Positions 18,241 to 27,469 of a stretch of DNA of 46,406 nt are shown one piece after another. The position numbers and the translations under genes are program-made. Under the pieces are notes generated by a model. That model did not search any database, was not told the origin of the DNA, and worked only from the letters and a program-made list of their open reading frames with translations. Source of the stretch: Fibrobacterota bacterium (GTDB lineage: Bacteria > Fibrobacterota > Fibrobacteria > UBA11236); contig JAYUVP010000141.1 of assembly GCA_043753995.1 (NCBI GenBank), positions 1-46,406 of the forward strand, written 5' to 3'. How positions within the stretch are numbered: the first letter of the stretch is position 1; each line of letters begins with the position of its first letter.

Positions 18241-18241
18241 A

Positions 18242-18430
18242 ATGCTTTTGACTTTCCCCCACTCCACGCACAAGTTGCCATCCACTATCGACGGCAAAAA
18301 GACCCTGGCGGTTAAGGACACCCCGAAGATTGCCGACGGCGCGAAGGAGCCGAGCTATCAGGTCGTGTTCGAAGACATGACTCACAAGGATGTCCCTCTC
18401 TCCCAATTCGAAAAAAAGGAAGGTGCATGA
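18242..18430 (+). CDS. Small hypothetical protein
   Basis: GGAGG RBS; coupled to the next ORF. Confidence 0.65.
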   Translation: MLLTFPHSTHKLPSTIDGKKTLAVKDTPKIADGAKEPSYQVVFEDMTHKDVPLSQFEKKEGA

Positions 18431-18969
18431 TGCGCTTTTACTCAGAACGTCGCGGCCTCATTGGCCTCATCATGACCATCATTGCCCTGGCTGCTTTTGC
18501 GGTTCAAGGTGCGCCTCAGCATGCATTCGCCACGGGCGGGCGCATGGTTGTGCAAAATCGTTCCAGCCTGCCGATGTGGAAGAATGTCATTCTCATGGCC
18601 GACGTGGTCACGAACCTTGGGCGAGAATGGATTGTCGACAACCTAGACGCCACGGTATCAACCACAGGAGATTACGTAGGATGGGGTACCGGCGCGGGTA
18701 CCGCTGCTGTTACTGACACTACGCTATTCACCGAGGACTCGGGCGGATCTCCTACTTATGCGCGCGTTTCGGCGACTCGCACAAATCCAACGGCCTACGT
18801 GCTCCGATGGGTCGCGACCATAACCAGCAACGGAACCAAGACGATCACGAACGGCGGAAATTTCACGGCATCAACTTCCGGTACCATGATTTGCAAAGGC
18901 GATCATACTGGCGTTGCTCTAAACCTGAACGATTCGATCCAGTATACGATCAGTTTGACTGTTAGCTGA
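18427..18969 (+). CDS. Virion structural protein (fibre/collar-like beta domain); alternative start at 18595
   Basis: VVTNLG...VGWGTGAGTAAVTDTTLFTE...DSIQYTI; Thr/Gly-rich. Confidence 0.7.
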   Translation: MMRFYSERRGLIGLIMTIIALAAFAVQGAPQHAFATGGRMVVQNRSSLPMWKNVILMADVVTNLGREWIVDNLDATVSTTGDYVGWGTGAGTAAVTDTTLFTEDSGGSPTYARVSATRTNPTAYVLRWVATITSNGTKTITNGGNFTASTSGTMICKGDHTGVALNLNDSIQYTISLTVS

Positions 18970-18986
18970 TATCTCGGGTTCTTCCC

Positions 18987-19502
18987 ATGGAGAAGGAAAT
19001 TCGATTCGCATCCATTCCGCGCTGTGGTTCCCGGAGCCTAAAGGCTTTGGGGCTTTTGGGAGAGTTGGATGGACGTTGCCATACTCAAATTACTGAGTAT
19101 CCCGATTGGGAATCGTTTCGCTGGATGCGTGTCGATAGGCCTGCGGAAGAGTGGTACGCCTCTTGGTGGGCCGCGTGCCGAGATATGAGAAGCCTGCTTG
19201 CGCACGAGTGGGGGTTTCGCTATGAGAGCATGGAAGTGGATTTGGCTTTGCTTGGCACCCCTGATAATCTTCCTGCCGAGGCTCCGCAACGGTGGGGATT
19301 GAATCAGTGGGTTCCGGCTGACTTGCGTACGCGGCTTCGCAATTACCTAGACCAAGGTAGGGATTTCAAGGATCTGTGCATCGACACGATCTGTGACGGT
19401 GTAGTATGCGATGTAATTCCGCTTGCGGGCTTGGAAGAATGGCTAATGATGCATGGGTTTACTCCCAGGCATGAGAATCAGAGGGAATATGCGCGCCTAT
19501 AA
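18987..19502 (+). CDS. Sulfotransferase-fold-like protein
   Basis: FASIPRCGSRSL (5'-PSB-loop-like), RPAEEWYASWW (3'-PB-like) and C-terminal HEN. Confidence 0.55.
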   Translation: MEKEIRFASIPRCGSRSLKALGLLGELDGRCHTQITEYPDWESFRWMRVDRPAEEWYASWWAACRDMRSLLAHEWGFRYESMEVDLALLGTPDNLPAEAPQRWGLNQWVPADLRTRLRNYLDQGRDFKDLCIDTICDGVVCDVIPLAGLEEWLMMHGFTPRHENQREYARL

Positions 19503-20421
19503 CATGGTCGAGGAGACCACTACCAGCATAGCAAGCAGTGGTGCCGGAGCCGTGACGCTCACGGCCATCACGGGATACCCTCGATTCTCAACCGCGTTCG
19601 GGACGCAGAATACCACTGTGCGCTACATGATCGAGGATACGGTCAACAATAAATGGGAGCACGGCATTGGGCACGTGTCGTCCAATGTTTTGACGCGCAC
19701 ACGCCCGCAGATTACGTGGGACGGCACGACGCTGCTTGACCAAGCGCCATCCGCCCTTACTTTCACCGGGGCTCCAACAAGTGGCAATATTCGGATTCGC
19801 ATGGCTCCATCCCCTGAGGCATTGGGTATCGCGATGCCAGGCCGGCAATCGGTGGCTGGAAGCGACCCGTGGCGCGACTACCCTATCAGTTGGCACATGG
19901 GTGGGCATTTTGGCAATGGTGGCACCTACACTATGGTCGCCGACCGTGAGTATTACATTCCCTATATACTGACGGTGGCCGGATCCCTAAGCGGAATTCA
20001 GATGGAGGTGAACGCGCAAATTGCATCCAGTAACGTCAAGTTGGCCTTATATTCTTGCGGGCATGATGGATTGCCTGCGGCGAAAATTGTGGACTTCAAT
20101 GTTGTTTCCAGCGCATCCACCGGCATAAAGACGGACACCTCCAGCGGAACATGGTCCCCAGCCGTAAAACCATGGGTACCGTGTGGTTGGTTTTACATCG
20201 GAATCATTCCGTCTCACGCGATTGGCATTCGATATCCGGGTGGAGGCAATGCCGCATACCAGGGGACCCCGTTAGGGCGGAATAATGGGTATGGATTCAC
20301 GTCCGGACTCTATGTAGCAGGCTCGTATGCTACAGGCCTTCCGGCCACACCGTCACTCGGATCATCCTCAACGATGAGCACAAACGAAGGCTTTTGGATA
20401 GGGTTAAGGTCGATTCCATGA
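19489..20421 (+). CDS. Virion fibre/appendage protein
   Basis: N-terminal 'VEETTTS...GAVTL...WEHGIG....LTRT' fibre-like domain; Gly/Ser/Thr-rich. Confidence 0.7.
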   Translation: MRAYNMVEETTTSIASSGAGAVTLTAITGYPRFSTAFGTQNTTVRYMIEDTVNNKWEHGIGHVSSNVLTRTRPQITWDGTTLLDQAPSALTFTGAPTSGNIRIRMAPSPEALGIAMPGRQSVAGSDPWRDYPISWHMGGHFGNGGTYTMVADREYYIPYILTVAGSLSGIQMEVNAQIASSNVKLALYSCGHDGLPAAKIVDFNVVSSASTGIKTDTSSGTWSPAVKPWVPCGWFYIGIIPSHAIGIRYPGGGNAAYQGTPLGRNNGYGFTSGLYVAGSYATGLPATPSLGSSSTMSTNEGFWIGLRSIP

Positions 20422-20912
20422 TCACCTATACAGAAAAAGGCATTGGATTGCACGAAGCCATTCGAGCCGCTGGGCACTGGCTCCGGCAAGAAAATCAGGT
20501 ATGGGTTAGCAGCAACGATACTGCGGTGCAGGCGATTATAGACGCATACGCTTTGGCCGATGCGACAAGCGTTATCGCGGACCAGATTGACAGCTACGCC
20601 AAGACTTTACGCGATCGTGCACTGAAGGGCATATCGCCGGGAGAGATGGGAACTTGGGCCACAAAATACCAGGAGGCAAGAGCCTTTCAGGCATCGGGAG
20701 CGGCAGCTGACGCTCCGTCTCTCAACCTTGAAGCTCAGCAGCGAGGAATATCTCTAGCAGGTCTATGCACGCGCGTGGTCAATAATTTTCAGGCCGTTGC
20801 ACAGCGTGAGGCGCGTATCAGTGGCATTGCAGGTAGGCATAAGGATGCGGTGAGGGCGTTGAGCGCTTTCCAAGCCATCGCGAGTTACGACTATTCTACG
20901 GGCTGGCCATGA
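20418..20912 (+). CDS. Fibre-associated/assembly protein
   Basis: 'EMGTWATKYQEARAF...P.L..EA..RGISL..L' as in tail-fibre partner proteins. Confidence 0.65.
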   Translation: MITYTEKGIGLHEAIRAAGHWLRQENQVWVSSNDTAVQAIIDAYALADATSVIADQIDSYAKTLRDRALKGISPGEMGTWATKYQEARAFQASGAAADAPSLNLEAQQRGISLAGLCTRVVNNFQAVAQREARISGIAGRHKDAVRALSAFQAIASYDYSTGWP

Positions 20913-22096
20913 GATATGGGTCGTGGCGATATGGTGCGTGGCCTAGGGCTGCGGCGGGTGGAGGCACCCAGTATAATCAGTCCATATCGCCTTCGGTTAC
21001 CGCCTCGGTCGCGCTCTCTAGAGTGCCATCCTGGCTTCGATCTATTGCCTCGACCGTAACATCATCGGCGGTTTCGGCGCCATTATCATCACGCGCCATG
21101 ACTATCGCGGCTTCAGCAATTGCTTCCGTTGTGCTCGGAATTGCGTCCGCCCGATTCATCGCTATTTCGTCTTCTGTTTCGATTGCATCTTCACTGGCAG
21201 TTCTTTTTGTCCGCCTTGCATCCATTGCCGGAGGTGTCTCCGTCTCCGTTGGAGTGTCTAGGGCTGTGGCCTACGTTCTAGCCATTGCCGCGGTCGCATC
21301 GGTCTCGGCAAGCGTCGCCTTGATGTCGTCACGGATTTTGGCCATAGCAACGAGCGTTACGTCGTCAGCTTCGGTTTCCATGCGCCGGGTTTACCTGCTT
21401 AGCATAGCAGCCTCATTGTCCGCGGCTGCGGCTGTGGTGGGCGCCCCGGTGGTTTTGCGTTATGCCTCCATTTCTGTGGCGGTATCGCTGGCTGCATCGT
21501 TTGTGATTCTGGTCACTCGATATCGGTCAATTTCTGCTGGCGTTTCCGCGACCGCCGTGGTTAGCCGATTGGTTACAGCCCTCCGAACTGTCGCCGCAAG
21601 CGTATCGACATCATCGACGGTTGCAAATGCCAGGGCCTACCTGCGATCGATTTCGGCTTCGGTGGCTTCGTCCGCCGTCATAGATCGCGCATCCGTGGTC
21701 CTTAGCTATATCTCGATTTCTGCGACGGCATCCACGTCCACGGTCATTTCTCTTCTAAGGTCCAGATACCTAACCATTGCCACCGGTGTTTCTGCATCCG
21801 CGACCTTTTCCAGATTGATGGCCCTATCCAGATCAATTTCTTCCAGCGTTGCGACATCGGCCGTGATTTCGCGTGGTATGACGCTATTTCGATCCGTGTC
21901 TGCCACGGTTTTTGCTTCCGTTGTGGTTGAGACGCGCCGAACCATATTGAGATCGATTGCCGCCAGCGTATCATTCCTAGCTAGCCTCATAAACGCATTT
22001 ATTCCAGGCGGCACGGCGGGCCCTACCACAGTCACCTTCGATGGTGGAGGGTGGGCACCTTATGAAATCACCCTGTCCAGTGAGGGGTTTTTATGA
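20909..22096 (+). CDS. Ser/Ala/Val-rich repetitive structural protein
   Basis: About 26-aa periodic 'R.I(A/S).SVS.S' repeats; coupled at both ends. Confidence 0.7.
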   Translation: MRYGSWRYGAWPRAAAGGGTQYNQSISPSVTASVALSRVPSWLRSIASTVTSSAVSAPLSSRAMTIAASAIASVVLGIASARFIAISSSVSIASSLAVLFVRLASIAGGVSVSVGVSRAVAYVLAIAAVASVSASVALMSSRILAIATSVTSSASVSMRRVYLLSIAASLSAAAAVVGAPVVLRYASISVAVSLAASFVILVTRYRSISAGVSATAVVSRLVTALRTVAASVSTSSTVANARAYLRSISASVASSAVIDRASVVLSYISISATASTSTVISLLRSRYLTIATGVSASATFSRLMALSRSISSSVATSAVISRGMTLFRSVSATVFASVVVETRRTILRSIAASVSFLASLINAFIPGGTAGPTTVTFDGGGWAPYEITLSSEGFL

Positions 22097-22383
22097 TAGT
22101 CGCCGTCGAAGGCACTGATGTGGTGGTTCGCGTCCAAACTCTTGATTCATCATTGAGCACTTATACCGATTTGTTGGTAAAGTGGATCGACCCAACCGGC
22201 GTGACAGGCGAAAGCGCTGCCACGGTTTTCAGCAACAGTTATTTGCAAATCACACTTCCGAATGCGGATGCAATAAGTGGCGATTGGTATTTCTTGGGTC
22301 AGGCTACGACGCCTCTCGGCGCGCGTCGTAAAACCTTTGGCCACAAGGTCACCTTTTTGCGAGAGGGTGAGGTTTGGCCATGA
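22093..22383 (+). CDS. Small beta-sandwich (BppU-N-like) structural protein
   Basis: 'DPTGVT...SGDWYF.GQ' pattern. Confidence 0.5.
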   Translation: MIVAVEGTDVVVRVQTLDSSLSTYTDLLVKWIDPTGVTGESAATVFSNSYLQITLPNADAISGDWYFLGQATTPLGARRKTFGHKVTFLREGEVWP

Positions 22384-22907
22384 GATGCATCTACGAGCAA
22401 ATCATTTCCAACCTCGAAACCCTGATTCCCGCGATTCGCGCGGGCGAAGGGGTTGACTCTGGCGTTACCTCGGACGGGTATAACTTCGATTGGCCTGCGG
22501 CCATCAATCTCCACGATCAAAACCTGATCAAGCGCGGACCTTTCGCCGACTTCTGGTTGCTCGGGGTAAATCCCGGCAATGCCGACGGCAACATGGGCGG
22601 CATGGATTGGTCCTTGGTTTCTATCCGCATCGAGCTTGGATACCGTTATGATGCGCCACCAAGCAACCCGATTCGCCAAGCCGAAATCGACGCGATGAAG
22701 TGCTATGACGATATCAAGCGTCTATTCGGGCAAAACACATCAGCGGCGGCGAATGGGAATGACGGCGCTTTCTCCATCTCGATTTATCAAGACGCTGTTT
22801 TCGAGTACGCATCGAATGATGCGCTCGCTCCAGCTCGTCTCCACACCTTTTGGCGATTCTCCTACTTGGCGGATCGCCGTCACCCAGACGTGAGGATTCA
22901 CTCATGA
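22380..22907 (+). CDS. Putative tail terminator
   Basis: 'IYEQIISNLETL...GYNFD' and position before the tail tube gene. Confidence 0.6.
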   Translation: MRCIYEQIISNLETLIPAIRAGEGVDSGVTSDGYNFDWPAAINLHDQNLIKRGPFADFWLLGVNPGNADGNMGGMDWSLVSIRIELGYRYDAPPSNPIRQAEIDAMKCYDDIKRLFGQNTSAAANGNDGAFSISIYQDAVFEYASNDALAPARLHTFWRFSYLADRRHPDVRIHS

Positions 22908-23104
22908 TTTACAAAGTCAAAATAGGCCTGACCTACGACCACAAAGGCGAAGTGTTGCGCGAGGGCGCGACCGTAGAAGTGGATGGGCCAGGCCTGACAC
23001 CTTATCAAATCGCTCGGCTTTGCTTGCCGAGCGATTACCAGAACTCGGAGATCGTCCCGACTCCGCAAGCTGCCGAAATCACCGAAGAAAACCAGGAGGC
23101 CTAA
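22904..23104 (+). CDS. Small hypothetical protein
   Basis: ATGA-coupled; carries the GGAGG RBS of the tail tube gene. Confidence 0.6.
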   Translation: MIYKVKIGLTYDHKGEVLREGATVEVDGPGLTPYQIARLCLPSDYQNSEIVPTPQAAEITEENQEA

Positions 23105-23105
23105 A

Positions 23106-24098
23106 ATGGCTTTTGAAGAATCACTTGCACTATTGGCCGTGGGCCTTGAGTCCGTTCCCGGCACTGCCGTGGCGACTACCGCCGTGGTCCGCCTCCGTAG
23201 CATTGAGGCTACCCCGTCTGTGGAAATGTCCGGCGACAAGATGGCAACCGGCGACTTTGGACAGTCGGAAAAATATTCCGGTGAGCGTTCCGTGGGCTTC
23301 AAAGGGTTCGGATATCTGAGCCTTCCCCCGGCAGTAGCCACCGCCCCGGATTGGTCCATCCTGGCCGTGGGTTCCGGGTTTATTCGCTCGACTCATGGCG
23401 CTACCGGTCAGAGCTGGGCGCAACGTGTTGCAGGAGCCAACACCTCACTGAGCCTGCGATACCTAGCCAAGGAGTCCGGCGCCGCTCCAACGCAAAGGGC
23501 GATCCTTGGTGCGGGTGCCATGAGCTCATGGAAACTTTCTGCAGGAAAGCGCGGCGAGCCGATCAAGTTCGATGTGGATTTCAAAGCGGCGTACACCAGC
23601 GAGGCCGACGTCGCCAATGGGAGCCTTGTTTCCCTGGGTGCTGTGCAAACTACGGTAGGCATGCAGCTCCTTGGTTGGCTGGCCACCCTGCACGGCGTGA
23701 CTTGCCGCATTGACAGTTTTGAAATTGAAGGTGGGCAGGAAATCGATATGGTGCCTGACCAGGGCAATACCAATACGGCAGGCATCGAGCGGTTCCGCGT
23801 AAAGACTGCGGTTCCCAAGGTGAAAATCTCAGTCGAGGTGCCAGCCGTGGCGACTCTCGATATTCGCTCGCGCTGGGTCAACGTGACCACGGGATCGTTT
23901 ATCATGAGCAATCAAGGCACGGGCGCGAGCCTGTTCCTGTTCCGCTTTCCCGTGGTTCAGATCGCCGACGTGAAATACAAATATGTGAATGGCGTTTTGT
24001 ACGCCGACTTGGAGTTGCATGTCCAGCGTAACGGTAGCGCCGACGCTACCATGAATGCCGAGGATATGTGGGAAATGCTTCACGGCTCCAAGACTTAA
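23106..24098 (+). CDS. Major tail tube protein
   Basis: 'AVGLESVPGT' N-terminus; 330 aa; precedes the chaperones and tape measure. Confidence 0.8.
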   Translation: MAFEESLALLAVGLESVPGTAVATTAVVRLRSIEATPSVEMSGDKMATGDFGQSEKYSGERSVGFKGFGYLSLPPAVATAPDWSILAVGSGFIRSTHGATGQSWAQRVAGANTSLSLRYLAKESGAAPTQRAILGAGAMSSWKLSAGKRGEPIKFDVDFKAAYTSEADVANGSLVSLGAVQTTVGMQLLGWLATLHGVTCRIDSFEIEGGQEIDMVPDQGNTNTAGIERFRVKTAVPKVKISVEVPAVATLDIRSRWVNVTTGSFIMSNQGTGASLFLFRFPVVQIADVKYKYVNGVLYADLELHVQRNGSADATMNAEDMWEMLHGSKT

Positions 24099-24190
24099 GC
24101 CGAGTTTTCCCAGGCCGGGTTTTGCCACCCTTTGCCCTCCTCCTTGGGTGGCCTGGGAACCTTTGAAAATCAAGGAGGGAAGGAGGAACT

Positions 24191-24817
24191 TTGGCAAAAG
24201 TAAAGCAGAAAATTAAACCGATTTGGGCGGCACCACCCGGCACGCAAGAGCGCAGGTTAACCCCTGAGTTACGCAATGCCGTCATGACCGGATGGATTCC
24301 GATCGACACGGATCCGCTAGATCGTTTCACCCCCGACTTTTTCAAATCGGACGATTATCCCATCAAGCCGGTTTTTGTGATACGAAAACCCACGCAAATG
24401 GACTTGATGCGATCCAAGCAGCCCGAGAGCGGGAAGCTTTTGGAGCAGGCCCGGAAAGATTTCTGGGAGCTGGAAGGGCTGGCGAAGCTCGAAGCGAAGG
24501 TGGCCGAGGAAAAGGTCAAGGCCTGGGAGACCACGCCGGAATACCAGCGCATGCTGGCCGCGGCCCTGGCTGACGCTATGGCTGCGAGCTGTCAAGGATT
24601 CCTTGTCGGCTGGGAGGATTGGTGCGATTCCCACGGAAATGCCATCCGGTTTGTCGCGGGGCGGGACGGTGGGCCATCGCCTGAATCCCTGCGCATCCTG
24701 GAGCGGGCTTGGTCGGTCATGCTGGCCATTCACTTGCGGTGCCAATCCCTGGCCCACCTTTCGGGGCTGGAGCTGGATTCTTTCGCCTCCTCGCCAACCT
24801 CCGGCATGGGCTCATAG
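24191..24817 (+). CDS. Tail assembly chaperone (G-like)
   Basis: Between the tube and tape measure genes; 'LVGWEDW.D..GN.I.F'; strong RBS with TTG start. Confidence 0.75.
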   Translation: MAKVKQKIKPIWAAPPGTQERRLTPELRNAVMTGWIPIDTDPLDRFTPDFFKSDDYPIKPVFVIRKPTQMDLMRSKQPESGKLLEQARKDFWELEGLAKLEAKVAEEKVKAWETTPEYQRMLAAALADAMAASCQGFLVGWEDWCDSHGNAIRFVAGRDGGPSPESLRILERAWSVMLAIHLRCQSLAHLSGLELDSFASSPTSGMGS

Positions 24818-25146
24818 CCTATGACGATCCCGCTTATGAGTCTTTTGGGGATTGCGCCTGGCGGGCGCAGGGGTTGGAAGCCGAACTCTTCGGCCCGCAA
24901 ACGGACACCTATCCAGACGGGCGAAAGGTCGCCTATTTCAATCACCCAAGGCTTTTTATCCAGCCGCACATTCCGGTATTCGTTGCGGAACTGGAGCATC
25001 GCCGACGTTACGGCCACATGCCCGTTTACACCGCCATCCCATGTCGATGGATACAGGCGGAACGAGAGTGGGACGGTGTGGTTAATGAGTGTATGCGCAC
25101 CCTCCAGGAGCGCGGGAAAGTAGCAGGCAATGGCACAGAAAGTTGA
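24709..25146 (+). CDS. Tail assembly chaperone T-like frame (probably reached by -1 frameshift)
   Basis: Overlaps the G-like ORF in the -1 frame and ends overlapping the tape measure start; no obvious RBS. Confidence 0.6.
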   Translation: MVGHAGHSLAVPIPGPPFGAGAGFFRLLANLRHGLIAYDDPAYESFGDCAWRAQGLEAELFGPQTDTYPDGRKVAYFNHPRLFIQPHIPVFVAELEHRRRYGHMPVYTAIPCRWIQAEREWDGVVNECMRTLQERGKVAGNGTES

Positions 25147-27469
25147 AGTCGAAGTAAACCTCATTGACAACCTCACCAAGAATATGGCTGGGGTTCAGAG
25201 GCAATTGGCTTCGCATTTTGCCGCCATGGAAAAAGCCGCTGAGAGTGCGGCGCAAAAAACATCCAAATCCATGGGCGACATGAAGGCGCCTATCACGGCA
25301 ATTCGGGGCGTGTTCTTGGGCATGACCGCCATCGTCGGCGGATCTCTGGTAAAGTCATTCATCGCAGCCGGAAGCGAGGCTGAGGATTTAACGGTGCAAT
25401 TCAAAGTCCTTCTCGGTTCAGTCGAAGAGGCGAAAAAGCGAATCAAGGAGTATTCGGACTTCGGCGCCAAAACTCCTTTTGAGCTTGGGGAGATTGCCCG
25501 CGCAGGCCGTATCCTGCAGGTCTTTGGCGGTGATGTTTTGGCCACCGGAAAGAACCTGCAAATGATCGGTGATATCGCCGCGGGCGTCGGCCAGCCGTTC
25601 CAGGATGTCGCGATGTGGACGGGGCGAATGTATGACGCCTTGCAGTCCGGTAGGCCTTGGGGCGAGGCTGGAGCCCGTTTACAAGAGATGGGCGCATTAT
25701 CCGGGCAAGCCCGGGCAGAGCTGGAGGCTATGCAGAAATCCGGCGCGAGTGGCGCGGAAATTTGGTCGACCTTTGGCAAGGAAATGGGCCGATTCAACGG
25801 GATGATGGATGATCTATCCAAAACCGTTACAGGCCAGATCTCCACATCCGTGGACCTTTTGAAAAGTGCGGCCCGTGACATACTGGCTAGTGGCGCTTGG
25901 GAAAGCTTGTCCAAGACCGTTGGCGAGTTCAACAAAACACTGCAAGGGCTTATCGACTCTGGGGCTTTGGTCAATTTCGGCGACAATCTCGGCACTATCG
26001 CCGTCATCGTGAGAGACATTGGCGTGATCTGGGCTGGCGCAAAAATCGTAGCCGGCTTCGAAGCCATGGGATCCGCGATGGCGGTCGCCACGGGAGGAGC
26101 CACGGGCCTCAAGGCCGCCCTTGGGCCCTTGGCGCTTGGCTTGGGAGCTCTGCAAATAGCTCTTGATGCTTTCCTTGCCGCCAAGGAAAAGGAATTAGAC
26201 AAGCGCGCAGACCCGAATAGGTGGCTCGGCGATCCCGATAAAATCAAACAGGTTATTGGCGCACTCAAAGAGTGGCAAGCCCAAACGGAAAAAGGCCAAG
26301 CCGTAGGATTCGAAGGTAAGGACGCGCGATTCAATGCGGCCAAGGTGAGCGTGGAGATCAACAAAATCACCGGCCTCACTGCCGAAATGCTCGACAAGCA
26401 ATGGTCTTTGGAGCAGTTGCACGCGGCACGAACCAATGCGCTTCGCCGCACCGGAATTCAAGGCCCAGCGACCGTTGACCTTGGTGGGCCGGATAAGGTG
26501 ACGGCGCCTGCGCTTGGGTTAAGCGAAAAGGATGTCAACAAAAATCGAGAATTCGTGACATCCATACTCGACTCCATGGAGGCGGGGCGCATGCGTTCGG
26601 TCGGAATCGTGGCTGCAGCGGATGCGGAAATCAAAAAGATCGAAGAACAGTCCCAAGAGGACAAAGAAAAGTCTGCCGCTGAGAAAATAAAGAGATCGAT
26701 CGAAAATCAGCAAATTGAATTACAGCTGGCTATGGGTGCTGCTTCCGGGAATCCAATTAAACAATTGGAAACCCAGCAAGAAGAAGAGCTTCGGATTTTC
26801 AAGGGCACAGCCTCGCAAAAGGAGCAATTAGAGGCCCAGCACGAAACGCGCATGCGGGCGCTCAAACTGCAAACCATGTCCCGAGGCGTGAGCGATATAG
26901 CAGCCAACCTTCAGACCGTGGCGCAGCAATACAAATCATTTGCAGGTGTGTATAAGGCCGTTGCGCACGGCAAAAACATGATCGACACCTACCAGAGTGC
27001 TACTGCATCCTATGCCAGCTTTGCAGGCCTTGGGCCTTGGGGTGTGGCTGCTGGTGTGGTTGCGGCGGCAGCGGCGGTAGCGGCTGGCCTTGCAAATGCA
27101 TCTCAAATCAACTCACAGAAATTCGAGGCGGGCGGCCCGGTCTTCGGCATGCGCCATTCCATGGGCGGCGTCCCGGCAGAGCTAGAGGGCGGGGAAAACA
27201 TTTGGTCCCGTCGCGATGTCCAAAACTTTGGGGGACAGGGCGGCGTCGAATCACTCAAGCGCGGCGGCGGGCGATCGGTGAGCGTTTCGCAATCGATAAA
27301 TCCTGTTTTCAGCGTGACCATCCAAGGCAATGCCAACCAGGAAACCGTCCGCCAACTTGAAGACCTTTCCAGGAGCCACACAGAGCGCGTAGCGACTGCC
27401 GTGGCCGAGGCCATCGACCAGCGAAACCCGGACATCATGCGAGCCTTCGCCAACGCCAAGGGCTTTTGA
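25130..27469 (+). CDS. Tail tape measure protein
   Basis: 'FKVLLGS...KTPFEL' TMP domain, Ala-rich helices, 'FEAGG...ELEGGE' C-terminus. Confidence 0.95.
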   Translation: MAQKVEVEVNLIDNLTKNMAGVQRQLASHFAAMEKAAESAAQKTSKSMGDMKAPITAIRGVFLGMTAIVGGSLVKSFIAAGSEAEDLTVQFKVLLGSVEEAKKRIKEYSDFGAKTPFELGEIARAGRILQVFGGDVLATGKNLQMIGDIAAGVGQPFQDVAMWTGRMYDALQSGRPWGEAGARLQEMGALSGQARAELEAMQKSGASGAEIWSTFGKEMGRFNGMMDDLSKTVTGQISTSVDLLKSAARDILASGAWESLSKTVGEFNKTLQGLIDSGALVNFGDNLGTIAVIVRDIGVIWAGAKIVAGFEAMGSAMAVATGGATGLKAALGPLALGLGALQIALDAFLAAKEKELDKRADPNRWLGDPDKIKQVIGALKEWQAQTEKGQAVGFEGKDARFNAAKVSVEINKITGLTAEMLDKQWSLEQLHAARTNALRRTGIQGPATVDLGGPDKVTAPALGLSEKDVNKNREFVTSILDSMEAGRMRSVGIVAAADAEIKKIEEQSQEDKEKSAAEKIKRSIENQQIELQLAMGAASGNPIKQLETQQEEELRIFKGTASQKEQLEAQHETRMRALKLQTMSRGVSDIAANLQTVAQQYKSFAGVYKAVAHGKNMIDTYQSATASYASFAGLGPWGVAAGVVAAAAAVAAGLANASQINSQKFEAGGPVFGMRHSMGGVPAELEGGENIWSRRDVQNFGGQGGVESLKRGGGRSVSVSQSINPVFSVTIQGNANQETVRQLEDLSRSHTERVATAVAEAIDQRNPDIMRAFANAKGF

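Noticed and set aside
25195..26451. 418-aa antisense ORF
   Set aside because: It mirrors the tape measure gene, as is typical in GC-rich coding DNA, and has a Ser/Pro/Ala-biased composition with no motifs.
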